A stretch of DNA of 64,000 nucleotides from Octopus vulgaris (lineage: Eukaryota): assembly GCA_951406725.2 (NCBI GenBank), contig OX597817.1, forward strand, positions 120,714,001 through 120,778,000, given 5' to 3'. The first letter of the stretch is position 1, and each line of letters begins with the position of its first letter. Below are positions 1-11,929 of this stretch, piece after piece. Below the pieces are notes generated by a model. It ran no database searches. It had not been told where the DNA came from and saw only the letters and a program-made list of their open reading frames with translations. The position numbers were made by a program, and so were the translations under genes.

Positions 1-155
1 TCCCTGTGACTTAGCAGTTAGGCAAAAGAGACTGAAAGGATAAGCATCAGACTTTCAAAGAAGAAACATGTACTGGGGCAATTTACTTGACCAAACCATT
101 CAAGGCAGTGCTCTAAAATGATTGTTGTCCAATTACTAAATCAAGTAAAAGATAA
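1..155 (+). mobile_element. SINE family A, 3' part (cut by window start)
   Basis: Matches the 3' half of the full copies at 20084-20478 and 58496-58908 (acttagcagtt..gcaaaagagac...aaggcagtgctc...caagtaaaaga). Confidence 0.75.
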
Positions 156-1641
156 CATAATTTGTGCCATGAATAATTTTAGTTTAATTTCTATTATTTG
201 TTCAGGTAATTTTCTTCTTTTGTCATAATTGAATTTAATATTCTGTTACACTTAAATTGCAAAGTAATCATTTTTTCTTTCACCTTATAAGAAAAACCAC
301 CTTACATAAAAATTCATGTAAGGTCACTAGTATTCAAACACACACCACATATACAAGCATTCATTGACACATTATTTTAATACCTTTTGTTAATTGGTGG
401 GCTAAAGTTTGTAGATGTAGACAAGAGAAAATTTAATATGCAAATGAAATCCTGAGAAAATGAAGATAGAGATATCACACTGAACCAAAACCTTGTTGTA
501 ACAATAAAAACAAATATGTTAATTGCCATTACACCTGACTAATTAACTAATGCTCAGGTGGGTTTCTCAGACAGTTTTATCTTAGCACCAGTGAAGTCTG
601 ACATTATCAATTTTGATAAAAGTGACAAGAACTAATGCTTATGGCACCTACCAACACATATACATAGCTCACACTATAATTTATATCGTTTATATCATTT
701 GTTATCTTGATTATCTCTGACAGACCTAGCCAACCCATCACAAAACTAAAAGAGTGGATGAGGTATCAATTATTGCATCGATTGCTGCCATCAATATCTT
801 TTGTCATTTCCAAAATGCTTTATTTATAATCATTTTCATTGGCTTTTACATCAGTTATTCTTTATCTATAAGCTTTTAAAATAGATGTTGGAATATTGCC
901 CTGCCGCCAGGAACATTTGCTTTGCATTTCATACATGCTGTCATTTGCTCTTATGAGAGGAAGCTAACTGTAGCTGCTATGCCAAAGCCAATTACATTAT
1001 TAATGGTAAATATGGCTGCAAAAGTATTGTATACTATGTAGTAACAACAAGGAATGATCAGTAAAATGAGTTGCATTGAATTATTTAAGAATACCTCTAT
1101 AATTTGCCACCTACAACATATCAAAGCCTGATGATACGAACAAGCAATTCTAGATTGATACAACGATGATGTTGATGATGATAATGGAGGTGGTGGTGGA
1201 TGATAAAACACTTAGTGCAATGCTTTGTTCTTACTGGACTGAAAATGTGACCCAGCTTTGGTTCCCAGTTAGAATTCTTCACTTAGATTCTATCATTAAA
1301 ATTAAATTCTATAACACCAGGAATGGTAACAAAAATATCAACAACAAAACCTATGTTTACAGCAGCAGTAACATTACTGATAATGCCAATGATGAATGTC
1401 TATATATGGTTTATGTTTTCAGTGGATATTTAATTGTTATGTTAAGTAGATTACTTAACCTACTTGAAATAACAGTCAAATCTCTGTAGAAACACCTACC
1501 ATCTTAGAAAGAAAGACATATGGGACTATTTATATATATATATATATATTTCACTTCAACATTGTGCAACTAATAACCTGATGTAGAACTCAATATACAT
1601 ATGCTTTGGAATGAAGCACATATATATATACATTTTGCTGA

Positions 1642-2085
1642 CAAGAAAGTAAATTTTGAATGCAGTAAAGCTAGCAGAGAAAGATTGAGTATTTACCCTT
1701 ATAAGATGGAAAAAAAAGTTGTCAGAAGGCAGCTACAGGACCTGTACCCCTCAGATACTGGCTGGATGCTCTAGCAATTAAGCTAAACAACTCCTACCCC
1801 ACGACAACAATTACCATCAAATTTAATACTAAATTATAGCTTTTAAATGAGACAACAGTTCATCAAGAAAGTAAATTTCGAATGCAGTAAAGCTGTGAGG
1901 ACAGCAGAGAATGATTGGGTATTTACCATTATAAGATGGGAAAAAGCTGCCAGAAGGCAGCTATGGGGCTTGAACCCATAACTGTCAGATACTGGCTGAG
2001 TGCTCTAGCCATGAAGCTAAATGGCCTCCTAGACAACAGTTACCATCAAATTTAATAATAAACTATAGCTTCAAATGTGACAACA
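1642..2085 (-). repeat. Tandem duplication of a ~222-bp unit, each with a tRNA-like sequence
   Basis: Units 1642-1857 and 1864-2085 both start caagaaagtaaattt and end gacaaca, and align throughout. Confidence 0.9.
1956..2026 (-). pseudogene. tRNA-like pseudogene or tRNA-derived repeat head (anticodon position reads AGT, Thr-like)
   Basis: Minus strand GGCCATTTAGCTTCATGGCTAGAGCACTCAGCCAGTATCTGACAGTTATGGGTTCAAGCCCCATAGCTGCC: A-box TAGCTTCATGG, stem TCAG/CTGA around CCAGTAT, B-box GGTTCAAGCCC, then TTTTT shortly downstream. Acceptor stem is mismatched. Confidence 0.55.
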
Positions 2086-2719
2086 TTTTCTAAACAATGT
2101 ATCTATATATATTTAAATTTTGTACTAGAAGTAACTCTATAAGGTAAACATTATCAATGTGAAATACTTAATGTGTGTTGCAAAATTCTTTTAGGCTATG
2201 GTGTGTTGTTCAGGAAATGTCCTCTTAAAGATGTAAGTGGTTAAGAAACACAGCATACTTCAAAGCCAGACTAAATAAACTGCTCAAGAGTGAACAATAA
2301 TGATAAATATCAGTATTTCATTGTTATTTCTGCTTGTTGGTGCTGTATACTTGATTCATTCTCAAAGCATATTCTAATTGCGGGCCTGAAGTATGTGCAG
2401 ATAATGTAAAATATATCTGCTGATGTGCAAAGGTATTGCACAAGTAAAACAAAATTCAAATTTTGTGTTTGAAACAGCCCCATAATGTAATCATTATCAA
2501 TGTCACAATTCTGCAGGCCACATGAATCAAGTATATGGCACTGAGAGCAGAAATAACTGAAATATTGATAACTATAGTTCTCATTCACCTCCGGGGTGTT
2601 TCTTGTCATCTAGCTTTGCATGGTGTTTGATTATGATTGACTTCCTTTTCGAAGATGATGTATGAGTGTTCAGCGTTTTTGTCAAGTGACCTCCACAAAT
2701 GATTTGCTTATAATGATCA

Positions 2720-2868
2720 AATGTATGTGTTGTACATTACTTTACTCCCTCCATCAAATCGACATTGCCTGAACAGGTGCACAGTGTGGTTGCAGAGCAA
2801 TGTGAGATGAAGTGCTTTGCTCAGTAACACAATGCACCACCTGGTCTAGGAATTGAAACTATGACCTT
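2720..2868 (-). mobile_element. SINE family C fragment
   Basis: gagcaatgtgagatgaagtgctttgctcagtaacacaatgcac...ctaggaattgaaac is the reverse complement of the head and core of the copy at 31939. Confidence 0.65.
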
Positions 2869-3070
2869 CCCTCAAAAACATTTTGCAGCCTAAAAGCTTT
2901 TAACAATATACATACATTAAGCATGTGACATTGTTAATATTTACATTGTAGATCTGCTTCTAACACAAAATTGAATTTGGTTTATTTGTGAGGTGCTGTT
3001 GCATATCAAGAGATAGATTTTATATTATCTGTAAACACTTCAGGCATGTGATTAGAATTTGTATCAAGGG

Positions 3071-3139
3071 TGAATTGAGTATATGACACTGATGAGCAAA
3101 AATAACTGTGAAATATCAATATCTGTAATTTCCATTCAT
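3071..3139 (+). ncRNA. Type I hammerhead ribozyme motif (decayed)
   Basis: tgaca CTGATGA gcaa aaataa ctgt GAAA tatcaata TC tgtaa; extended stem I gtgaattgag/ttccattcat. Confidence 0.7.
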
Positions 3140-3289
3140 CTCCAGGGTAGTTTATTTCTCCCATCTTTAAAGTATTACACGTTTTTCAACACTACATCTT
3201 TAACAGGACCTTCTCAGGATGAAATACCATAGCCTAAAAGTGTTTAACAACACACATATGTGACATTGGTAGTATATATGCATATACAA

Positions 3290-3355
3290 GAATTGAGTAT
3301 ATGGCACTGATGAGCAGAAATAACTGTGAAATATCAATATCTGTCATTCTCTTTC
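3290..3355 (+). ncRNA. Type I hammerhead ribozyme motif (near-intact)
   Basis: atggca CTGATGA(3307-3313) GCAG aaataa CTGT GAAA(3328-3331) tatcaata TC(3340-3341) tgtcat; stems I and II pair, with G-U wobbles. Confidence 0.8.
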
Positions 3356-3756
3356 ATCTGCAGGGTGGTTAATTTCTTCTGATTTTGAAGTGTTACATGT
3401 TTTTCAACACACTACATCTTTAATGAGACATTCCCAGGATTAAATACCACACTTTGAAAATGTTTAACAATACACATACATTGAGTATGTGACATTGGTA
3501 ATGTATATGTATATAGAAGAATTAGTCTTGATGTCTGAATCGCCATTCATCACAGGTCTGCTTAATAAAGGCTGTCTTGCAACTAAGCAACAACAAATGA
3601 ATGAACATGTTTATATGACTGATTGTAAATGAATATAGCTTTGAGTGAATGTGAGTGCAGGTATGTTTGTGTCTCCTAGTCTTTAAACAGACAATATTTT
3701 AAATTTTTAATAAATTATTTTCAGGTGAATATCATTTTAAAAACATTTTTCACATA

Positions 3757-4713
3757 TCTAAAAACAATTTTTAAGTGAAAATGGCTCTAAAAACACGGTA
3801 AATATTTTGTAAAAGACCCGTTTGTAACCTCGGTGTGAAATAATTTTTTCCATAGGATTTTTTTGAGTGCATTCAAAGTATATTACCTCAAAAAATTTGG
3901 TTGCTATTTCTAGTAAGCCCTGCTACCACGTAACAGCTATTTGAGACAAAGGACCTGTTACATGGTAGCAGGGTGTGGAAGAAATAGCAACCAAGTCTTT
4001 CCTTTTCGGGGGAAAGGAGCTGTTTATGTGTGATTTCGATGTCACATTCATTGAAAGCATGTGAAGTAACCTAGAAAAGAAAAACAATCCATGAAACAAA
4101 ATTCCATTAATGGGAAACTCAGAGTTCCCTGGGAAACTCAGAGTTCCCTGGGAAACTCCAAGTTCCTCACCACCCCTGTTCCCTTCTTTTTCAGAAGAAA
4201 GTGGCTTGCAGTGGGTTTGGAGGTAAGATATATTCATTGCACTAAAAAAATCTTGTGTAAAAAATTATTTCACACCAACGTACGAATGGGTCCTTTATGA
4301 AATATTTACCCAAGATTGGGGCAGGCATATGAATAGAAGAATCGATGAGACTGATAAAACAAGGGCTGATCATCTGGTGGAACAGAGAGAAAGACACAGA
4401 AGCAGGAGAGATCAGGAATCTGATGCTCAGAGACCTGAGTATTTGGTGAAACTGGGGGAAAAAAACAGAACCAAGAAACGTCAAGAAATTTCGCATAAAT
4501 CAGACCACTGGTTACTCAGATATAGAGTTTTTTTCAGGAACATTTATAAATAGCCAAACTGGCATATAATGAGAAAAATGCTTTGAAAGTAGGGCACCAT
4601 TGAAATGTGAACACTCACAGAATAACGGAATTTTCACGTAAATCGGACCAGAGATATGCGAGCTTTTGGGTATCTTGAACTATTGGTGACCCAACGCGTC
4701 ATGAGTAGTCTAG
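3757..4713 (+). mobile_element. Probable non-autonomous Helitron-like element with internal inverted repeats
   Basis: 3' end has the hairpin TGAC-ccaacgc-GTCA, then CTAG|T at 4710-4714. Possible A|TC start at 3757 (uncertain). Internal ~75-bp inverted repeats at 3815-3889 and 4220-4292. Confidence 0.45.
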
Positions 4714-4749
4714 TATGTGTGTGTGTGTATATATATAGATATATATATA

Positions 4750-4990
4750 AGTCTGTGTGTGTGTCTTTGTGTCTGTGTTTGTCCCCCTCCCTCACAACTG
4801 CTTGACAACTGGTGCTGATGTGCTTATAGCCCCATAATTTAGCTCTTCAGCAAAGGAGACTGATAGAATAAGTGCTAGGCTTGAAAAAAATTCTGGGGTC
4901 AATTTATTCGACTAAAAAAAAAAACCCCTCAGGGGAGTGCTCCAACATGGCCACAGCCAAACGACTGAAACAAATAAAATAATAAGAGAA
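4750..4990 (+). mobile_element. SINE family A, 3' half
   Basis: tgtgtctgtgtttgtcccc...cttgacaactggtgctg...cagcaaaggagactgatagaataag...gtgctccaacatggccacag...actgaaacaa. Confidence 0.8.
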
Positions 4991-5458
4991 TAAAAAAATA
5001 TAAACATTTAAGAGACACTTTAGTAAAGCTAAATATATATTTATTAAACCTATCCATGTGAATTTATATACAGCTTGTACACACATACACACACACACAC
5101 ACTCATACAACATTCACACCACCTATGTACACATATATGTATGTAAGTGTTTATATTTCTTAGCTGAAGTGTGTGTATAGTGTGTATATTTCTGTTATAC
5201 TGCATTGGCATTGCATTCATGATAGCATCTGTTAAGCCCTCAAACCTCTCTCTTGTATGACACAGCATGCAAGTAACTGTCTGTACATGCACACGTGCTA
5301 CATATGTATCTGTGTATGTGAGTGTATATATTTATGTCTACATGCATGCGTGCATGACAAGCTTGTTGTCAAATACTATAACCATATTCTTAATGGGCTG
5401 TTCCTCCGGAAAATAATTTCTTTAAATGTTCTTCATTATTCATTTATCATTATCATTG

Positions 5459-5459
5459 C

Positions 5460-5513
<54 letters not shown>

Positions 5514-5529
5514 CATTATTATTATTATT
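5459..5529. repeat. (ATT)n microsatellite
   Basis: Direct reading. Confidence 0.95.
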
Positions 5530-5983
5530 GTCATTTATTTTTTATATTTTGCTGTTTTTTTATTGCCTTCTTAATGTATTTTTTATTTGTTTTTTGGCAA
5601 ATAGCATTAGACAGTGAATTGCTGCTTAATTTAGCTGGAATAAAACTTAAAACCAGCTGCCAATCAACATTAGAACTAGATTTATGTATCAATTGTTGCT
5701 GGTCATAATATCTTAAATAAATGAGTATAGGAGAGAGGTAAAGAAAGACAGAGAGAGAAAGAGAGAGGAGGAGGGAGTGAAACTGGTGAGGGAGATTATT
5801 TTCACCCTACTTGGAGTACTTACTGGTACTTCAGAGTAATGATACTTTTATGAGATTTCTTCTAAATGCATTTTTTAACTTTAATGCGCAATCACACACA
5901 TAAATGTATGCTTGTAGGTGTTTATGTTTACATATATATATGTATACATGCACACAGACGTTTAGATACATCCGTACATATAG

Positions 5984-6048
<65 letters not shown>

Positions 6049-7034
6049 TACACACACATACATAAATGCATATACAAATATATGAATGTACATACATTTG
6101 TGAGTGTGTGTATATATATCTATATATACAAATACATATATATAGATCTGTGTGTATGTGTGATTCATTTTCTATTATCATCTTAATGCAGCACACTTTT
6201 AGCTTCGTTTTCATTTTAAACAAGGCTGTGAAATTACATAGAGATAAGTCAGCAAGTACAGAGAGTTAAGGATAACCATTATTTCCTTCTTCAAGAAAAA
6301 TTCTGTTGTTGTGAAGGAGATTTGTGTGAATGAATTGTTAGAATCCAATGGCCAATAGCAGTTATATCACTATTAAGGCCTCCAGTATTTTGCACTACAT
6401 ATCATCCATGAAGCACTTTAGAGCCTTGCATTAAAATTAAAAATTCATCTTACATTTCAGAGGAACAATGCCCTCGTTATCAATAAATATGACATGCATG
6501 ATTTTCATTGTACTCAAGCCGTGTTTTCGTTGGCATGGTTTCAATGACCGGATGATCTTCTTAATATCAGCCACTTTCTAATACAGTACACCGGGTCCTG
6601 TTTATTGTGGCACTAGCATTAGAGAATTTGTCTTGTATTTGCAAAGATAAGAATAATGATTCTTGACTGAATATTGTCTTCACTTATTTGTTTCATTCAG
6701 TAAATGCTCAAAGAGCTGTGAATTAAAGGAAATCTTAGAATATGGAGCTAATGAACAAATGGAAATATAATACAGAGATTTGAATAACTTGGATAAATAA
6801 AATGTAAGCAAACCTTTATTTTTGATGTGGGCAGTGTATTAAGAATTGAAATAGGAAAAGAAGTCATTGCTTGCCATATTAGGAATCAATAACTGAAGAT
6901 AGTGCATTCCAGATATTTTAAATAAATTCAAAGTTTTGGTATACTAAAGTAATTTTGTAAAAAGATCTTAAAATGTTGGCAATGGATTTCTTTTGCCAAA
7001 CACCAGAGAGGTTTTAAAGTGTGAGGGATTATCT

Positions 7035-7371
7035 CAGGGGTTCTCAACCATTTTTTATCTATGAACCCCTTTGATTACTATTTTACTTTGGTGAACTCCC
7101 ATAGCCATTCGATGTTTAGAAACTAGTTTTATAGAAACTTCTTTCAAAATTCCTATTTTGTTTTTCAACCATTATCTTGTGTAGGTTGAACTATGTAAAC
7201 TGTTAGAGAAAGAAACCCAGCTGTTTTTTACAGTACATACCAATACATACATCTAAGCAGAAATTTTTCAGGGGCTCTTAAAATACTATTGTGGATCCCC
7301 AATTTACTATTTTGTTATGTGAACCACAAAATATCTTATATGGACGTTCAGACTCCAGCTGAAAACCACTG
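7035..7371. mobile_element. hAT (Charlie-type) MITE
   Basis: TIRs CAGGGGTTCTCAAC / GCTGAAAACCACTG; 8-bp TSD gattatct (7027-7034) / gattagct (7372-7379). Confidence 0.85.
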
Positions 7372-7719
7372 GATTAGCTTCTGTAACCTATTAAAATTAT
7401 TTTACCCTATAATATAATTTAATGGAAAAATAATTAGTACTGAAGTGTAATAACACATCATTAAGATAGCATATTTAATGTAAAATTAATTTGAATGGCA
7501 TACAAAGATTGAAGAAAGATTTAGAGAACAGGGGAATGCTAAATTTGATAAATAGTTTATATTGAAAAGAAAGTTCAAAGAAGTGAAATGTTAAATGTAG
7601 TAAAATATATAGAAGTGGAGTATGATAAAGCAGTATGAATTAAATAAATTAGTATATTCAAAATAAAGTTAATTTAGGTAGTACATATGCATTTAGGAGG
7701 AATTATAGAAAGCGTAATA

Positions 7720-8070
7720 TTTTTAAAAGGGAAATGCTAAATTCGATACAATGATGCATATATTCCTTCCCAATATTCTGTGGTTTTTTGTCATCAAGGA
7801 ACATCAAATGTTATGAACACACATTTGATGATGTAAGGGAACTTTCAGATACTGCACTGTTTTGACCTTATAGTGTGTCTCCTCAGTCAAAGCTGTCTCA
7901 CCACATTGATGTATCTAACAAGAGTACATGTCCTTGTTTATAGAAATCAACAAATATATTTTCTGATGCATGCTGATGTCTGCCAAATAGAGAATAATTC
8001 ACGGGGTACATACAGAACAGCAGGAATCCAAACAATAATATATCTATTCATTTTCAATACATTCTGGCAG
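7720..8070 (-). mobile_element. Possible highly decayed Penelope GIY-YIG remnant
   Basis: Scattered minus-strand peptides INKDM, CGETALT and FSI(S) in the expected order; heavily frameshifted. Confidence 0.25.
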
Positions 8071-8803
8071 ACTTGAATGATAATGTTAAAAATGAATAGA
8101 TCTGTTATTATCTGGATTCTTGCTTCTCTGCATGCACCTATGAATTACTAAAATTGATCGTTTATATTAAAATATATCCTGATAAAATATGTGAAACAAG
8201 ATGGAATTTAGTATAATGAAAATAATGAACAGAAGTTGGGGTTGGATGAAGTGTAAGTGAAGTATGTCAGAAAAGTATTGTATGATTTTGACATAGAACA
8301 TATATAGAGAATAATATTAGAGAGAATAATTGATTAGGAATAAAAGCTAAATATTAGACTGTACTGTAAGATATAGTTCAAAGAATGAGAAAGTATATTT
8401 AGGGAATAAATCTGAAAAGATTAGTCTAAGAAACATATAATTAAGCTTAGTGTTCCATTTATGCGTATTTATACATTTCCTCTTCTATTTTCCCAATATG
8501 AACATTCTCACAAATTCTTCTTATTCTTCTCTCCTGTTTTACCCTTTATCTCTTTTATTCTTCTCTATAATAAATCACACAGCTATTCTTTCCTTTTCAA
8601 CCTCTTTTATTTTTAATTATCATGATGTATAAATTGATGCTCTGGTCAACTAATAAAATCTATTAGTTTCAATATTATCCAATATCAAATCTTGCCAGGA
8701 TATTCAAATATTTCTACTGACATTTCTCATGTTCCTTTTTTTTTTTTTTTTATTATTTATCTAAAACTTGGCAGTTATTGGAAGTTAGAAACTTGAAATG
8801 ACA

Positions 8804-9011
8804 GTTTCAAATGTTGGCACTAGGGGAAAGGGCTAGTTGATTTCATCCCTACCCTTGTGCTCAGGTGGTATTTATTCTATTAATGCTAAGCCCAAAAGGA
8901 TGGAAGGCAAAATTGAACTCTGCAGAATTTGAACTCAGACTCTAAAACCAGAAGAAATGCCTCTAAGTATTTTGTCCAGTGTGGTTATGATTTGGTCAGC
9001 TTGTTGCCCTT
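8804..9011 (-). mobile_element. SINE family B (Deu/Nin-domain-like)
   Basis: cccaaaaggatggaaggcaaaattgaactctgcagaatttgaactcaga is the reverse complement of the family B core. Confidence 0.75.
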
Positions 9012-9184
9012 ATAGAAATTGTAAGTAATAATTTGCGAAGTTTCAGCTACCAATAAAACATAAACAACATTCTGCCTATAGTATTGAGTACTCTTTTGTC
9101 CTTCATACTGAAGTGTTCACATATATCTGTCATTATTTTTTATACATGAGCAATGAATAGAAACAGATAAATTCTAGCTGAATA

Positions 9185-9735
9185 TAGAAAAGTACTCATT
9201 GAATTATTCCACCAGAAATATTTCCATTTAAATGGCATTGCTTCAATGGTTTAATGAAGAAAATTAAAGACTTAACAAGAAGAATGAGATAATAAGCTCA
9301 TTTTCAACAGAGATATACCTTAGAAAATAAATATGGATTCATACAAGAAAAAGAAAAACACTCAACAAAGAACTCAAGCCATTTAAAACAAACCTTTTCA
9401 ATCTGATAAAGAGAGCTAGATTCAGGAATGCACTTTAAATATGAATTTAATAGTTTTATCTACTTCTATTGAATTTATGTATTGTCATATGAAGCCAGAA
9501 TCTCTTGCAGTATAAGCAAAATATCAGCCCATCAATATTTTTTTTTTAATCTGGCATCAACACATAGAATTCCTTAAATATAGATGCCAAAGATATAGTC
9601 ATCAAACTTAAACTGTATGACAGAGTAGAATATTTAGACTCCTCATTTATTTCCCTTAAACATCACAACCCTAATTTTTCTAGTTACTGTAAATACAACT
9701 AACTAAACCAATACCAAATTAGGAATAGTTAGGGA
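9185..9735 (+). mobile_element. Decayed Penelope-like element, ORF N-terminal region
   Basis: Frameshifted peptides LNYSTRNI, DLTRRMR**AHF, ELKPFKTNLFNLIKRARFRN, SFISLKHHNPNF and LGIVR resemble recalled PLE motifs (RRMRWKAHFF; FITLKDHKPNF). Confidence 0.6.
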
Positions 9736-9752
9736 AATAGTAATAAGAAACT

Positions 9753-10070
9753 AATTGTATACAATGCTCAGATGGTGTACTGTAATTTGTCAGAAAAGGT
9801 TAAAAAGAGGAGACAGGAGGTAGTAATAAGTCAAGTAAAGACAGCAATTATAGCAAAAAGTGCTTGTATAGTACATAGACTAAAACAAAAACAAACAAAA
9901 AAAGACAAAAATGAACAATAAAAGATCCATAAAGTGGAAAATGCATGTCAGGAGTGCTGTTGGCAAATTTTGGGGAGCATGGAATTTTCAAAAGACACAG
10001 GGCTCTGTCAGCTAACAGCCAATGCGAAGTTGTTTAGTTGATGTTTCAACAACTCTGAACGTTGAAAAAC
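9753..10070 (-). mobile_element. CR1-like LINE 3' end
   Basis: Minus strand resembles the CR1 ORF2 C-terminus (FF.VRVVET...S...SF) followed by a short 3' UTR. Confidence 0.5.
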
Positions 10071-10581
10071 AGGCTGTGCAAGTCGTGGGTGCTTCCCTGT
10101 GTTTTCATTTTATAAACATTTTATAATCCTAGATTCAGTTTTACTTAAAAAATACAAAAAAACAAAAAAAAAACAAAGAAATATTTATATCCTTTCCTTT
10201 GTGGAAGAAGACTAAATCAGTGGTGAAATGGTTTAATAGCACGAGTGACAAACAAGATTGTAAATTTACTCAGTTCCAAATTATCTATCTCTAGCTCCTC
10301 TACTAATAACCTACTTCTCTTCAAAGGTTTTGCATTTGCATACACCATTGATATCTATCAGAAAATTTGATATTAAAATATTTTTGTATTCCATGAAAAT
10401 CCCTTTTGGTTTTTGACAGTTCATGCTGAGTCCTTAAAGAAGACAGAGAATTATTTATTGTCTGCATGACAGATACAATAGGGACTGAACTATGTGAAAC
10501 TATTGATATGTTTATTTTAGACTGTTTGCATTAAATATATTAACTGCTTTGATATGTGTGTATATGTGCATGTGCACACAT

Positions 10582-10881
<300 letters not shown>

Positions 10882-11356
10882 TTATGTGTGTGTGTTGTAC
10901 TGAGAATATCGGTTGTATTTTTTATAAGTTTGTTTAATATATTATCATTAATTTTTTTTTTATTATTGCAGAATGTTCTAAAGAATCATTTTGGTAAATT
11001 TTAGTATTCAAAGCAAGATTCTACTATGATGCTTGAATATATTTTTTGCTTTGTGCTATCTTCTCAACAACAACAACAACAACAACAGCAATAACACCAC
11101 CACCAACACCACCACTACCATTACAACCACCATCGACAACTATACACACAATCACAGAATATTTGGCTTTGTACACTTATGAATATCAGCTGTTAAGCTT
11201 CTTCAAAATATGCAGTATGTTCAGTTCATCAAGTGATATGAAATAAAGTTTTATATGGACATGATGATAAATATTTAGTACAAAAAGAAAATAAGAACAG
11301 CAGTGAAATTTTATGTATTTTTTAATCATATATACATATATGTATGTTTTTTTTTT

Positions 11357-11414
<58 letters not shown>

Positions 11415-11510
11415 AACACACATATATATTGTTTGCCTGTGTGTGTGTGCTTTTCTGTGTGTGCATGTGCTTGTGTGTCAGTTTATATATTTGGTGGTGG
11501 AGCAGTGTAG

Positions 11511-11561
11511 CTTACCACAGTCACATAGTATAACCTTACCACAGTCACATAGTATAACCTT
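11511..11561. repeat. 24-bp tandem duplication
   Basis: cttaccacagtcacatagtataac twice. Confidence 0.9.
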
Positions 11562-11929
11562 AATGATACATTTGTGTTTTTACTTAGAAAAACTACTTTG
11601 AAGTTGGAATAGCTGCATCTGATGTGTCCTCACACTTTGCCTGTACTGGTGCAAGTGAGAAAAAAAAAACAAGAAACTTGCATGTCATATCAAGTTAGTT
11701 CTGAGGTGAGCTTGATAAAAAAATAATTGGCAAAACTCTTTTACTAATATAGATGCTGAAGGGGACACACTATCACAACTCATAGTTTACTTACATTCAC
11801 ATAAAAGTTAACATGTATAACATATAAACACCTTCATACACATATATAATGGTGGGTCTCTGATCAGTTTATTTTTCTGTTGTATTTGTAGCAAACTGAT
11901 GAGTATCTGAGTGTCCCACAGAAACTTGC

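Larger units (their letters stand above)
2291..3518. mobile_element. Penelope-like pLTR / retrozyme-like cluster with four hammerhead motifs (one inverted, three direct)
   Basis: 2291-2490 is the reverse complement of 2941-3138. HHR motifs at 2291-2358 (-), 2523-2587 (+), 3071-3139 (+) and 3290-3355 (+). Tandem units 3072-3289 and 3290-3518. Confidence 0.75.

Noticed and set aside
951-1489. Overlapping 86-aa and 107-aa ORFs
   Set aside because: No recognisable domain, low-complexity starts and no supported splice structure.
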